From: Macrostomum lignano
Lineage: Eukaryota
Assembly: GCA_002269645.1 (NCBI GenBank)
Contig: NIVC01003636.1
Coordinates: 1 to 64,000, forward strand
Direction of reading: 5' to 3'
Length of the DNA: 64,000 bases
Shown here: positions 13,245-27,292 of the stretch, piece by piece
Layout of the letters: the number at the start of each line of letters is the position of its first letter
How positions within the stretch are numbered: the stretch's first letter is position 1
The notes under the pieces: generated by a model
What the model was told of the DNA's origin: nothing
Databases searched by the model: none
The model's input: the letters and a program-made list of their open reading frames with translations, nothing else
Program-made: the position numbers and the translations under genes

Positions 13245-13555
13245 GTGTCACTCACGTCACTTCGAAGTGTCACTCACGTCACTTCGAAGTGTCACTCACG
13301 TCTATTTGGAGTGTCACTCAGTCACTTCGAAGTGTCAGTCACGTCTCTTTAAGGTGTCACTCACGTCACTTCGAAGTGTCAGTCACGTCTCTTTAAGGTG
13401 TCACTCACGTCACTTTGAATTGTCACCCTCACGTCACTTTGGAGTGACTCACGTCTCTTTGAAATGTCACTCACGTCTTTTTGAATTGTCACCCTCACGT
13501 CACTTTAACTTGTCACTCACGGTCACTTCAAAGTGTCACTACAAAGTATCACCCT
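13245..13555. repeat. 22-bp minisatellite, TRIT1 intron 2
   Basis: Unit GTCACTCACGTCACTTCGAAGT. Confidence 0.9.
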
Positions 13556-13645
13556 ATTAACCTTAAGTGTCAATGCATCACTCGGTCACTAAAATGTGTC
13601 ATCTCAATAAGTTTAAACAGTCGTTAGCAATAAATAAAATATTAC

Positions 13646-13896
13646 CTCAATTCAGACTCAATATCATCAACGTCATTAGTAAAATTGCCGCCGTCTTCTA
13701 GGAGAATATTCCAAAGCAATGCTTCTATATAGTAACAGGTGCCGCCGCAAATTATTGGCAGGCGATTCTCCTTGAGCAAACGATCTAACAGAGGCTGAGC
13801 AAGCTGTCTATAGGCGCCAACAGTGCTGTCTGTTGTTAGGGGCGATAAACAACCAATTAAATGATGAGGCGCTTGGGAGAGCTCTTCCGATGTAAC
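13646..13896 (-). CDS. TRIT1: tRNA dimethylallyltransferase exon 2
   Basis: APHHLIG and LPIICGGTCYYIEALL motifs; splice phases consistent with neighbouring exons. Confidence 0.92.
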
Positions 13897-13974
13897 CTGT
13901 GAATTCAAAGTGGAAAAGGCAAAATTAAACTATTTTAGGTCGATACAGAAGTCTAAGCTACTGTACAAGCGGGG

Positions 13975-14360
13975 CTATTAAGAAACCAATACTCAATGTG
14001 GAAGTTGCGGGAATTTCTGGAATTTCAATGTGGGAAATTTCTAAGAAACCAAATCTAATCTAGGATTTTTTTAAGAAACCAAGACTCAATATGGGGAATT
14101 TCTAAGAAACCAAGACTCAATGTGGGGAATTTCTAAGAAACCAAGACTCAATGTGGGGAATTTCTAAGAAACCAAGACTCAATGTTGGGAATTTCTAAGA
14201 AACCAAGACTCAATGTGGGGAATTTCTAAGAAACCAAGACTCAATGTGGGGAATTTCTAAGAAACCAAGACTAAACGTGGGAATTTCTAAGAAACCAAGA
14301 CTAAACGTGGGAATTTCTAAGAAATCAATACTCAATCTAGGGATTTCTAAGAAACTAAGA
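13975..14360. repeat. 31-bp minisatellite, TRIT1 intron 1
   Basis: Unit GAATTTCTAAGAAACCAAGACTCAATGTGGG. Confidence 0.92.
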
Positions 14361-14474
14361 AACCAAAGCTACGTAAGAGATTGTTAACAAGCCACAATTC
14401 AATAGTATTTCACGAAAAAAAAGTAAATGAATATTCAGTAGTAATTGCACACGCAACAGTAGTATATGACAAAC

Positions 14475-14633
14475 CTTATTAGTAACAATATCCAAGCCAC
14501 TATACAGCTGCATAGAGTCGGCATTCAGCACTTCCCCATTGAATTTTTTAGCTAACTCAATAGCTAATAAAGATTTGCCAACGCCTGTAGGCCCAGCAAC
14601 AATCACTATTGGTGGCGATGGCTGTGCTGTCAT
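14475..14633 (-). CDS. TRIT1: tRNA dimethylallyltransferase exon 1 (from first ATG)
   Basis: P-loop [13 protein letters not shown] and [17 protein letters not shown] signature; donor GT at 14474. Confidence 0.93.
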
Positions 14634-14889
14634 CAGCCGAGTAGCCGAGACAAAGCTACGGCTAAGAAATTTTGCTGTTAACTGGGGCCGCAACAGCTTG
14701 GCTAATGTTGATATGGTGTAGCTTTAATAGCTTTGGTTTTTAAAAGGCTGAAATATCCAAAATGAAAATTGAAATATAAAACTGATATTATATTTCCGAG
14801 ATAGTTTAATTAAATGCTAGTCTGACTGCCTGCTAATTGTACAACTGTGTGATGATGAATAATGATTATTATTGATGATTCGATAATAG

Positions 14890-16100
14890 ATTATCATGAT
14901 TGCTGCAATTATTATCGATGAATTGATAATTGCTGCAATGATCATTGATGATTTGATGATGGCTACAATGATTATCGATGATTCGATTATTGCTGCAAAG
15001 ATTATTGATGATTTGATGATATCTGCAACGATTATTGATGAGTTGATGATATCTGCAACGATTATTGATGAGTTGATGATATCTGCAATGATTATTGATA
15101 AGTTGATGATATCTGCAATGATTATTGATGAGTTGATGTTATCTGCAATGATTATTGATAAGTTGATGATATCTGCAACGATTATTGATGAGTTGATGTT
15201 ATCTGCAATGATTATTGATAAGTTGATGATATCTGCAACGATTATTGATGAGTTGATGTTATCTGCAATGATTATTGATAAGTTGATGATATCTGCAACG
15301 ATTATTGATGAGTTGATGTTATCTGCAATGATTATTGATAAGTTGATGATATCTGCAACGATTATTGATGAGTTGATGTTATCTGCAATGATTATTGATG
15401 AGTTGATGTTATCTGCAATGATTATTGATAAGTTGATGATATCTGCAACGATTATTGATGAGTTGATGTTATCTGCAATGATTATTGATAAGTTGATGAT
15501 ATCTGCAACGATTATTGATGAGTTGATGTTATCTGCAATGATTATTGATAAGTTGATGATATCTGCAACGATTATTGATGAGTTGATGTTATCTGCAATG
15601 ATTATTGATAAGTTGATGATATCTGCAACGATTATTGATGAGTTGATGTTATCTGCAATGATTATTGATAAGTTGATGATATCTGCAACGATTATTGATG
15701 AGTTGATGTTATCTGCAATGATTATTGATAAGTTGATGATATCTGCAACGATTATTGATGAGTTGATGTTATCTGCAATGATTATTGATAAGTTGATGAT
15801 ATCTGCAACGATTATTGATGAGTTGATGTTATCTGCAATGATTATTGATAAGTTGATGATATCTGCAACGATTATTGATGAGTTGATGTTATCTGCAATG
15901 ATTATTGATAAGTTGATGATATCTGCAATGATTATTGATAAGTTGATGATATCTGCAATGATTATTGATGATTTGATGATTGCTGCAATGCTTATTGATG
16001 ATTTGATGATTGCTGAAATAATAATCGATGATTTGATAATTGCTGCAATGCTTATTGATAACTTTACGATTGTTGCAACGATCATTGATGATTTAATGAT
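14890..16100. repeat. 30-bp minisatellite with 60-bp dimer structure upstream of TRIT1
   Basis: ATTATTGAT(G/A)AGTTGATG(T/A)TATCTGCAA(T/C)G alternating. Confidence 0.97.
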
Positions 16101-18091
16101 TAACGGTGCTTTTTAATTATTACATTATTGAGCAACACGGATGCTCAGTGATGATGTGATGATTTTTTGAAAATTTGGTATCTATTCGATAAGTACTGAA
16201 ATCTGTGACAACATCTATATAACTAGAATTTACAGGACCTAGATACTAAACTGTTGCCTATAAGTAATATGAATGAAATGAAAACACTGACATAGTTTGC
16301 AATGAACCGCATCATAGGGCATAACGCGAAGCACAAGACAAAAGCTGGACAAGTCGTGACTATATAACAACTGAAGTATAATTTATTCATAGTTTGTATC
16401 AATGCATATGCATATATATAAATTGATTCACAATCTTAATAGTACGGGATTTCACTAATAATAGACAAAGTTACAGATATATTTATTAACAAATTAAAAT
16501 TTATTAAGCAGGCTTTTTTTCGCAGACAGAAATTATCCATTATATTAGTTAAACTATTTTATTAGTACATTATAACTCACACTATATTACACAGTTACAA
16601 ATTGTTACATTGCAAAAGTACTTTAAAAATATTGTTTTAAAAAAAGGCCTAATGAAGAGAGTTACATTGCATTGGGGAAAAAGAACATTTTTTACACAAG
16701 CAAGTTGTAGAGGACACCCTGAACATTGCGCACACAATATGTTTATAGACAAGAACTGTACAGAATCGGTTTTTGAATATTTATTTCTGTATAATAAAAA
16801 AGTAAAAAACAAAGTTCGTTGACAATGATAAAATATAGTGCCCACTAAAAGAGAAATCTTAAGATTATTTTGGTCATTCTCAGATAGAGAGAAACCATGG
16901 ATTATAATGATTTATAACTATAAAAATTCTCAAAGGGGCGCAGGTCTAGAAAAAAACAATAGTCATAGCTGGTATTTATATAAAATATACAGCAGAGAAA
17001 AATAATAAAAAATCATTTTCAAACTTATAATTCCGATTTCACTCTCTTGCTCTCTAGGCTCAAAGATGAAAACTACAAAAACAAAAACAAATAGCATATA
17101 TATATATATATAACTATAAATCCTTAAATGATAATTATTTCATTAATTAAAATAATATAATTCCTGCCATCCATCATTAAATAAATTCTCGAGCAAGAAT
17201 ATATTAATTATAGGAATAAAGAAACCTTTGAAAATATAAAAAATAAAATGCAAATAGCCAACGACAATAATCAAGCGCCAAAACAAGTAGTATGCTAAGC
17301 GTTTTATTGTATTTTCAAATTATTAAAACTGTTCAAATTATAAGTTTGTTAAGCAAACAAATATACGTATATATGACACAAATATACTTGTTGAAAAAGC
17401 AGATTGCCAATATTAGTTAGTAAATCAATTATTTGTTTTATTATTCAACATCGAATAGTCCTGAAGCGACAGAAATAGAAATATGCGTTATTATTACAAA
17501 AATATGTGTTACAGGAAAACAGAGGGAGTAGGAATAACAAACAAAAATATTGTGTTTTAGTCGTTATAGAACATTATAATATATGCATGGTCCACCAGCT
17601 GTTCTATAAATTTTTGAAAAGATATTCAAAGTAATTAAAAGGCCTATAAACTTAGTTTATTAATCTTTATTTATTGATAATTCATATACTGTTTTTTAAT
17701 TATACAGTGAACTCAAGTGGACGGCGTTTCATAATTTTTAAAGATTGTATATATTCTTGAAAAATAATAACACAATTAATTACATATTGAACACAGTTGT
17801 CTTTACAGCCAACTAAATTGTTAATGAAAACAAAAGATAATTAAAAAAATTGAATTTTGGAGTCTCATTACTTTTCTATTACTTTACTTTCAACTATATA
17901 GTGATCTTACTTTCCGGGCTATATATATGACAATAGTGACAATAATATATGACTTGTAGGTAACAATCTGGCAAGCGCATTTGAGGTTTACCTGACAAAC
18001 AAATCAGACAATATAATAAGCATCGTAGATAGTAAGAAAAATCGCGACAAGCATTATAGAGAATAGAAGGTCGGGTGCATCAATTATAAAC

Positions 18092-18523
18092 CACAGATTA
18101 TAAAATAACTAGATGGGCCACTCAGCCTTATCAGGTACATCTTTTTACTTTCAGTTCAGTAGCAAAGAATAATACATTAGCTATATTATAAAAATAAAGA
18201 CAGCTATTTGATAAGTTTAGAAGCTCAAGCTTGCAGGCGTAAACAACTTGCTAATTGGTTCAGCAAAACTGTACATTGGCCAGTCCACTGAAATGTACAT
18301 TGCAGCTTTAGGCTGAAATTCCGAGAAAGGCAATTAAATTCGGAACGGGGAGGGGGGTAGTGTGGAAAGGCGCGCTTAGAGAGTTGAAGCTAAGGTGAGA
18401 GCCAATGAATAAGCCTTGGCTTTAAAAAATACATTAAAATGCTTCTGTTTAACTTACTACTGAACTGAAAGTAGTTTACGCGCAAATGTGCTGAGTGGCC
18501 TATCTAGTTATTCTAGTATCTGT
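18092..18523. mobile_element. MITE-like inverted-repeat element downstream of the NCOA-like stop
   Basis: ATAACTAGATGGGCCACTCAGC and ACTTTCAGTTCAGTAG are both mirrored at 18445-18512. Confidence 0.6.
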
Positions 18524-18935
18524 GATATAAACAAAGAGTTTATTAGTAAAATTTCAGTAGACTGGAGAAACGCAAGCTCAATACGCTTGTAGATTAATGA
18601 GACCCACAAGTTAACTAATTTATTAACAGAGAAAAAAATATTTAATCAATTATACTGGTATCAAACAGCGCAATACAAAATGAAAGTAGACGGGGCAGGT
18701 ATTTTAAGCAAGACTGTTTTTTTAATTTCTTCGTGCTTTGTTATAAATAACTTCTTCTCTTTTAGGCTACAAAAACACAAAAAGGAATGAACGGACATCT
18801 TGTGGCACTATAATCGTAACACGCATACACAGGAGACAAACATAAATGGAGAGAAAAAGCACAAGCAGAGACTAATAATGAAAAGCAGCAATATTCGACA
18901 AAACACCCAACAGATATTCAATGACAGGACTTCTG

Positions 18936-19920
18936 TCAGGTGCTCAACAGTCGCTCTAGTAGCCCTCCGCCGCTGCCACTGCCGCTGCCACCAGATGCCG
19001 ATGATGATCGACCAACAGAAGGCGGTTGCGTCTGCTGAGCCTGATTCTGTTGCTGTTGTTGGTGTTGTTGTAGTTGTGGTTGAATCTGGGGCGACGGTTG
19101 CTGGTGCTGATGCTGATGATGCAGGTGATGCTGATGCTGATGATGGTGATGGTGCTGATGCTGGTGCTGATGCTGCATCAGCACTGAGCCGTCGTCTGGT
19201 GTTCTAGCAGGAGTGGTCGAGTCCGGAGCACTCTGATGCCGATTATGAAGCATTAGCTGTTGCTGCTGATGGTGGTGATGATGCTGATGCTGATGCGGAT
19301 GTACATGATGATGATGGTGATGATGATGATGCTGAGGAGTTGTAGGCGTGGATGGATTGCCGCCAGACAGAGCGGGACTCGGTTGTTGGTGCTGCTGCTG
19401 CTGCTGCTGCCGACTGCTCAGCATGGCGTCCATTGGGGAGCCCGCAGCGAAAGCAGCCGGCGAAACGAATGGCGACGACATCGGCTGCTGCTGGGAGCCA
19501 CTGCGCCGGTTCGTTGAAGCCGCCGAACCAGGAGAATCGGCGATTACCGACAGAGGCGACTGCGGTTGAATCTGTTGACGAGAACGCGAGGAGGAAGCTG
19601 TAGAGTACTGCTGCTGTTGCTGATGCTGTTGTTGTTGAAGACGCTGAGACAGTGGGGGCATCTGCGACGGAGGCGGCAACGGCGGAGGCGGCAATTGCGG
19701 AGGCGGAGGCTGAGCCTGCGGCAGTGCCTGCAGCGGATGCTGAGCTTCCATATCCAAGATGATGTCGAGAACATCCTGCGGCAGCACTGGGCCGGCATTC
19801 GATGGTGACGGGGCTGCAGTAGTTGCTGCAGATACAGCTGACGGCTGCGAATGTGGCGGAGGCGGCGGCTGCTGCTGCTGTTGCTGTTGCTGATGCAGCA
19901 TGTGAGCCTGTTGCAGTTTC

Positions 19921-19952
<32 letters not shown>

Positions 19953-20542
19953 AAGCGGCGGAGTCAATTGCTGTTGCTGAGGTGATATCATCGACATAGA
20001 AACCTGAGAATTGTTGAGCTGCGGCTGCTGCTGCTGCTGCTGCATCTGATGCTGATGCTGGTGATGCTGAGAAAATTGGTGCTGCTGATGCTGACTAATG
20101 GGAGCCATGGAATGAGAATGCTGCGGCGGGAACAGATTCAGCGGCAGCTGGAGGCCAACACTAGACGCAGTGGATGTCGTAGCGTTTGAAGCAGCCGCAG
20201 AAGCAGACGCAGCGCTTGAAGCAGCAGATCTGGCTAACATCTGCTGTTGCTGCAGCTGGTGATGCTCGCCAGGTGACCGATTCACAATCTTCTGTCTGAG
20301 CTCATTTTTAATGCTAATGCTGCTATTGATTGGCTGCTGCTGTGGCATGCCTATAGAGCCAGATGAGACAGAAGATGTAGCCGCACTGCTAAATACAATT
20401 GATGGAGGAGCGCTGGATACTACCTGTTGTTGCTGCTGTTGTTGCATCTGTGGTTGCTGTTGCTGCCATCGCAATTGCTGTTGCTGAGTTTGCTGCGGAT
20501 AGGGTGGCGGAGGTGGCGCAGTTTGCTGCATTTGCTGGATAA

Positions 20543-20574
<32 letters not shown>

Positions 20575-21788
20575 AGTTTAACATTAGGCGGCACAGCGAA
20601 TTCTCGCATCTGTGCAGAGAATGGCATGTTTGATCGGCAGCTAAGCTGTGGCTGTTGCTGCTGCTGCGGACGAGATGTCATTGGTGATGCAGGAGCAAAC
20701 TGACGATGCTGTTGAAACTGCTGTTGCTGCTGTTGCTGCTGCTGATGCGTGATCTCTGCTTCAGTTTTAAACTGATCAGCCAATTTTTTAACAGCCTCAG
20801 GATTAACAGACCAACTACTATTATTATTTTTATTATTATTGTTGTTATTATTGTTGCCGCTAATAGCAGTTGTAGATTGCGGCTGCGATTGATGATGCTG
20901 CCGTATGCCTGAGCTGCTGCTGTAAGGCTGAGCAGAGCTTGTGGAAAGGAAAGTACTGCTCAACTGGGCCATAACATAATCGTCTGCGCCAATTAAATCG
21001 CGGCTAGTACCAAGCGAATTAGCTAAACTCCCAGGTGCGACCGATGAAGAAGAGGAGGAAGCTGGAATCGATTGATTCTGTTTATTACTATTATTTTCAC
21101 CGCTAATGCTAGCCAAGAATTCGCTAATTATCTCTAATTCGTTGCTGTCCGAATTGCTTGATTGGGTGGCTAAATTAGGCTTAGCTTGCTGCTGTTGCTG
21201 TTGTTGTTGTTGCAGCTGATGCCGCGTCTTGGAATGCGACGATGTCGATTGAGGAGCTGGTCTGCTCAAACCGGAAGGGGCACTGGTCGGAGTTGTTCCG
21301 CCAACTGTACTAGGCCCATTCAATAAATTAGCTAGCAGCATATTAGACTTCAGGATGTCCTGACCAACTGACGGCACTCTAGTAGAAGACGAGCCGGGCT
21401 CGTGTTTAATTGACTTCCTAGGCGGCGGCCGGCCGTCCGTGCTGCTGTCTGGATTGCCGCGGTCGGACGGCTGGCGCTTCCTCTGTTGATGCATCAACTG
21501 CTGCTGCTGTTGCTGCTGCTGCTGATTCAACAGATGCTGCTGAGACGAAGTTGAACTATTTGATGGCGGATCGCCGCAGCCGCTAACCGACGGCTCGCTA
21601 AAGTAGGAATTTAATGGATCGTCATCAACTTGAGAAAGGGCTTGGCCCACCAGACTGCCGCCGAATCCGCCAACGGAGTTGCTCAAGCCGACAGTTCCGC
21701 CGCCTCCGCCAGCCGTGGATGCAACGCCCGGTGTAGTGGACGTCACCTGTTCGGTTTTGCTCTGCGACTCCTTGCTCCGGAGCATGGC
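18936..21788 (-). CDS. NCOA: NCOA-like terminal exon I (polyQ/polyH, two LxxLL motifs)
   Basis: About 950-codon open frame with LLANLL (21321-21338) and C-terminal LLERLLST-stop; CAG|GCC acceptor at 21789. Confidence 0.8.
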
Positions 21789-21934
21789 CTGCGTGTTGAG
21801 AATTAGAAAATTGAAATATAGTCATAGTGCACGTGTTTCATAGATCTACTAATTTCTCTGTATGCTTATTAACATAATGATTTGCGGCGATTGACATCTT
21901 AATGACATCTCAATTGACATCGCAACTGAAAATA

Positions 21935-22420
21935 TGGGAGGCTGGCCAAGCAATGGAGGATCTGGGAGGCTGGCCTAGCAACTGGGGATCTGGGAGGCTC
22001 GCCCAGCAACTGGGGATCTGGGAGGCTCGCCCAGCAACTGGGAATCTGGGAGGCTGGCCCAGAAACTGGGGATCTGGGAGGCTCGCCCAGAAACTGGGAA
22101 TCTGGGAGCCTGGCCCAGCAACTGGGGATCTGGGAGGCTGGCCCAGCACATGAGGATCTTGGAAGCTGGCCCAGCAACTGGGGATCTGGGGGCTGGCCCA
22201 GCACATGAGGATCTTGGAAGCTGGCCCAGCAACTGGGGATCTGGGAAGCTGGCAGCCCAGCAATGGAGGATCTGGGAGGCTGGCCCAGCAATGGAGGATC
22301 TATGAGGCTGGCCCAGCACATGAGGATCCTGGAGGCTGGCCCAGCAACTGGGGATCTGGGAAGCTGGCAGTTCAGCAATGGAAGATCTGGGAGGCTGGCC
22401 CAGCAATGGAGAATCTGGGA
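21935..22420. repeat. 28-bp minisatellite, NCOA-like intron H-I
   Basis: Unit GGGAGGCTGGCCCAGCAACTGGGGATCT. Confidence 0.92.
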
Positions 22421-22923
22421 GGCATAATGTAATAATTACACGTTGGAATTGCTAATGCATAAAAGAAGGGTTTCTCTAAAAAAGCGCTGCTTTATCGAAG
22501 AATTAATAAATAAAAGGGGAAGCCTCATAATTCTGATTAAACACGGGGCAGGTGTCTAACAATATGAGGATTGAGGCGATAAGTGGCGAAGCGTGCACTC
22601 AGCCCGGGGAGAAAAAAAGGGATTTCAGTGAGAAGAGGGAGCATGGGAAGAGGAAGAAAAGGCAGATGGGATGAGAGAAAGCGCGTTGAGGAACAGAGGC
22701 AAACATCAGGTGAATAGGCGGGAAAAGATAGGGACCCAGGCCGGAGCCACACCCAATCTCAAATTAAAGCAAGACAGCAGGATGCTTGCCTCTTTTTTCT
22801 GCTATAAAACATCCCATACAGTTAAAATAGGATAAAAAAACTAATTTAATCTGTAATTTCCCATATTAATCAACGCGATTGAAGCGCTATCTTTCAGTAT
22901 GAAAAACTAATAATAATAATAAC

Positions 22924-23520
22924 CTGAAAAGACTGCCGGTTCTTAGTGACGGCGCTAGAGTGTGCGCTGGGGCCGTTTAGCAGCTCCATCAATAGGGAGC
23001 CTTGCGACTGGCGCTTCTGTTGTTGTTGCTGCTGCTGCTGTTGCTGCTGCTGCTGCATAGCTGACAACTGAGCCATAGGCTGCTTATTACTATACGGCTT
23101 TATCTCATCACCAGGGGCTCCGCCGTCTCCTGTAGTGCTCTGCGGAATTTCTGGCGGGCTTCTGCCCGGCCCAGGCTCCGGCGAGCGAGCGTTCGCGTCT
23201 GGACTGCGGGCTACAACAGCGGCCGAGGCGGCTGATGATGAGGCTACAGCCTGCTGATAATCTGGCGGATTAGGATACAGCACAGGGCTGGCCAGAGTAC
23301 TAGTTGAAGCACCGGGGCCCGTCAGCATCCTGCGCTCGACATTGGCTTCGCTAAGTTGGCTCATAAATTTATCGTGGCCGCCGAAATGCGGCTTCCAGAT
23401 GTCCATCATTTTGCTGCGTATTTCTGCCGCCTTCTCCGGATTTGGTTTGCTGAAATTGCGATAGAGAACGCCCAGCTTGATCAGCTCCTGGCGGTCCCGC
23501 TCGTCCAGGTTTGCCAGCAC
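22924..23520 (-). CDS. NCOA: NCOA-like exon H with LxxLL motif
   Basis: Phase-0 exon; LLMELL NR-box at 22978-22995. Confidence 0.78.
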
Positions 23521-23589
23521 CTGCGGTAGTTGGGATTAATTCTTAGGCATTGAAGGAACTTTCAGGTCGCAATTGGAATCACTCAGAGA

Positions 23590-24145
<556 letters not shown>

Positions 24146-24325
24146 GACTGTCTATCGGTCTATTTATCTGTCTAACTGTCTTTTTGTCTATCTGTCTACA
24201 TGTATATCTATCGATTCAATAATTACCATCCTCTGTTGTATATTATATTTCTCATCTATCCTATATACTAAATCTTATCTAAATGTTCTAGTCACAAATC
24301 AAACAGATCATAAAAGTACGCATAC

Positions 24326-24428
24326 CTGTTGTTTAATATCGTTTCTCTGCGGCAGTGGCAGTTGCTGCTGCTGCTGCTGCTGCTGCTGTTGAGAGTTTGG
24401 ACTGATCAGTACGTTAGACAGATAACTA

Positions 24429-24460
<32 letters not shown>

Positions 24461-24974
24461 ATGTTGCACAGCTGATCGATTGAACATACTAGGCGCTGTT
24501 CCAGGTAATCTGTAACTAGTGTGCTGTTGCTGTTGCTGTTGCGACGAAGGCGGTGGCGGCGGCGGCGGCGGCGGCTGCTGCTGCTGAACTGTTGAAGAAG
24601 CAGCTGTTGCAGAATTAGGTCCGGAATTGTATCGAATATTGCTACTAGGGGTGCCAGGACTAGGACTAGTGAAAGTGGGAGAACGCATCTGCTGCTGCTG
24701 CTGCTGCTGGGGCTGCCTTTGCGCCGACAGGCCTAAAAAATCTTCTAGGTCCTGCGGCAGAGGCTGATAGTTCGACTGGACGGCGCTATTCAGGGACGCA
24801 GTCGAGGTTGCGGTGGATGCCGCGCTAGCCTGAGGAGCACCAGTTGTTGATGCAGCTGAACTGGCCGAAGATGCGGCCGCCGCTGCAGCCGATGGCGCGG
24901 CGGTTGCGGCGTACATGCGTTTCAACAGGCTGGCTGAAGCGGTGCCCTTCAGATCGCTTTCGGCCTCGCAGTCC
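24326..24974 (-). CDS. NCOA: NCOA-like exon G
   Basis: [21 protein letters not shown] continues the STHCIV motif, followed by Q/P/A-rich sequence. Confidence 0.8.
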
Positions 24975-24997
24975 CTGCGGATGAAATCGAGAATGGC

Positions 24998-25545
24998 CAT
25001 TGTCACTCCCATTGTAACTCTTAATTTGCCACTCCTCTCAGTCTCACTCTCCTACTGTCACTCTCAATTTGTCACTCCCCTCAGTCTCACTCTCCCACTG
25101 TCACTCTCAATTTGTCACTCCCCTCAGTCTCACTCTCCCATTGTAACTCTTAATTTGCCACTCCTCTCAGTCTCACTCTCCCACTGTCACTCTCAATTTG
25201 TCACTCCCCTCAGTCTCACTCTCCCATTGTAACTCTTAATTTGCCACTCCTCTCAGTCTCACTTTCGCACTGTCACTCTTAATTTGCCACTCCCCTCAGT
25301 CACTCTCCCACTGTCACTCAATTTGCCACTCCTCTCAGTCTCACTTTCGCACTGTCACTCTTAATTTGCCACTCCCCTCAGTCACTCTCCCACTGTCACT
25401 CAATTTGTCACTCCCCTCAGTCTCACTCTCCCACTGTCACTCTAAATTTGTCACTCCCCTCAGTCTCTCTCCCACTGTCACTCTCAATTTGTCACTCCCC
25501 TCAGTCTCACTCTCCCATTGTCACTCTCCTATTGTAAATTACCCC
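24998..25545. repeat. About 40-bp GTCACTCTC minisatellite, intron F-G
   Basis: CTCAGTCTCACTCTCCCACTGTCACTCTCAATTTG units. Confidence 0.88.
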
Positions 25546-25630
25546 CCATTGTCACTCTTTCATTTTTTAATTTCAATACCCCTAATTAGGATATTTTCAC
25601 TCGCCATCAAAGTGATGTATGACTACTCAC

Positions 25631-25763
25631 CTGACAATACAATGAGTCGATAAGAAAATCTTATTATCCGGCCACAACTTGCTGCGCGTCTTCACGAAGG
25701 CGTATTGGCCTGTCGCAACCTGGCAGCGATAGACTGCGCTAGATGGGTCCTCTCTGTTGGACC
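25631..25763 (-). CDS. NCOA: NCOA-like exon F (PAS-B/PAC)
   Basis: SAVYRCQVATGQYAFVKTRSKLW...LSTHCIVR resembles p160 VYRF...TKSKLF...STH. Confidence 0.82.
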
Positions 25764-26139
25764 CTGCAGAGTGTGGAGAGAATAGCGGCATACGCTAAAT
25801 AACTTTATTGACACTAGATACTACCATTAGGACTTTTAGCTACTGAACATTATCACCTATATATGGTCTGTAAGACTACCTGGCTAATAAACTTTAGCAG
25901 AGAAAATTTCAATTTATAATTGTTTCCGGATGCGCAGAATGCCAATAGGAAATTCTAAGTTTCTAACTGCGCCAGGCTTGGAAAATCTGACATTTTTAAC
26001 TACTGCCAATATTAATAAATCTCTGTCTATCCCTGTAGCACTAGGCTTGAACCCGCCTCACATTTTGCTTGACTAAATGGTAACTTTCGGATTTGTTTGA
26101 TAATGTCATACATCTGGTGCCTAGTTCTCCGTCTCTCGC

Positions 26140-27065
26140 CTAGCCTCTTTTTTAACGTCTGTCTCCTCACGTCTCTCGCTTTCTAGAGTCTCTCTTCTCA
26201 CGTCTCACGTCTCTCTCCTTCTCGAGTCTCTCTTCTCACGTCTCACGTCTCTCTCCTTCTCGAGTCTCTCTTTTCACGTCCCACGTTTCTCTCCTTCTAG
26301 AGTCTCTCTTCTCACGTCTCTCTCCTTCTCGAGTCTCTCTTCTCACATCTCACGTCTCTCTCCTTCTAGAGTCTCTCTTCTCACGTCCCACGTCTCTCTC
26401 CTTCTCGAGTCTCTCTTCTCACGTCTCACGTCTCTCTCCTTCTAGAGTCTCTCTTCTCACGTCCCACGTCTCTCTCCTTCTCGAGTCTCTCTTCTCACGT
26501 CCTACGTCTCTCTCCTTCTCGAGTCTCTCTTCTCAAGTCTCACGTCTCTCTCCTTCTAGAGTCTCTCTTCTCACGTCCCACGTCTCTCTCCTTCTCGAGT
26601 CTCTCTTCTCACGTCTCTCTCCTTCTAGAGTCTCTCTTCTCACGTCTCTCTCCTTCTCGAGTCTCTCTTCTCACGTCTCACGTCTCTCTCCTTATAGAGT
26701 CTCTCTTCTCACGTCTCACGTCTCTCTCCTAGCGTCTGTCTCCTCATGTCTCTTCTTCTCGAGTCTCTTCTCAAGTTCTCACGTCTCACGTCTCTCTCCT
26801 TCTCACGTCTCTCTTCTCACGTTTCGCGTCTCCCTCCTAGCATCCGTCTCCTTACATATTTCTTCTTCTCGAGTCTCTCTTCTCACGTCTCTCGTAGCGT
26901 ATGTCTTCTTCTCATGTCTCACGTAACACGCCTCTTTCCTTCTCGAGTCTCTCTTCTCACGTTTCATGTCTCAGGTCTCACGTCTCCCTCCTTCTCACAT
27001 CTCTCATTGCGTCTCTCTTCTCAAGTCTCACAACTTACCCTCGCCTTATTCTCACGTCTCTCTTT
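26140..27065. repeat. 38/31-bp CT-rich minisatellite, intron E-F
   Basis: Unit TCTCACGTCTCACGTCTCTCTCCTTCTCGAGTCTCTCT. Confidence 0.92.
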
Positions 27066-27292
27066 TTAAGTCCCTTATCTCATATCATTCTCAGGCATCA
27101 CGTCTCTTCCGGTTCTCATAAATTACGTATCCGTCATTCTCATCTCACAGCTCTCATCGGTCTCTTCTCTCAGTTGCATCTAATCTTCGTCTAATATTGT
27201 CAAACGTATCCTTTAAAACCTGCAGACTCCCAGATGCGATACAAACAAATGAATAATAATTATTTATAACACCAAAAAAGGCAATAACTCAC

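Noticed and set aside
14817-16116. ORFs of about 400 aa on both strands
   Set aside because: Artefact of the 30-bp (3n) periodicity.
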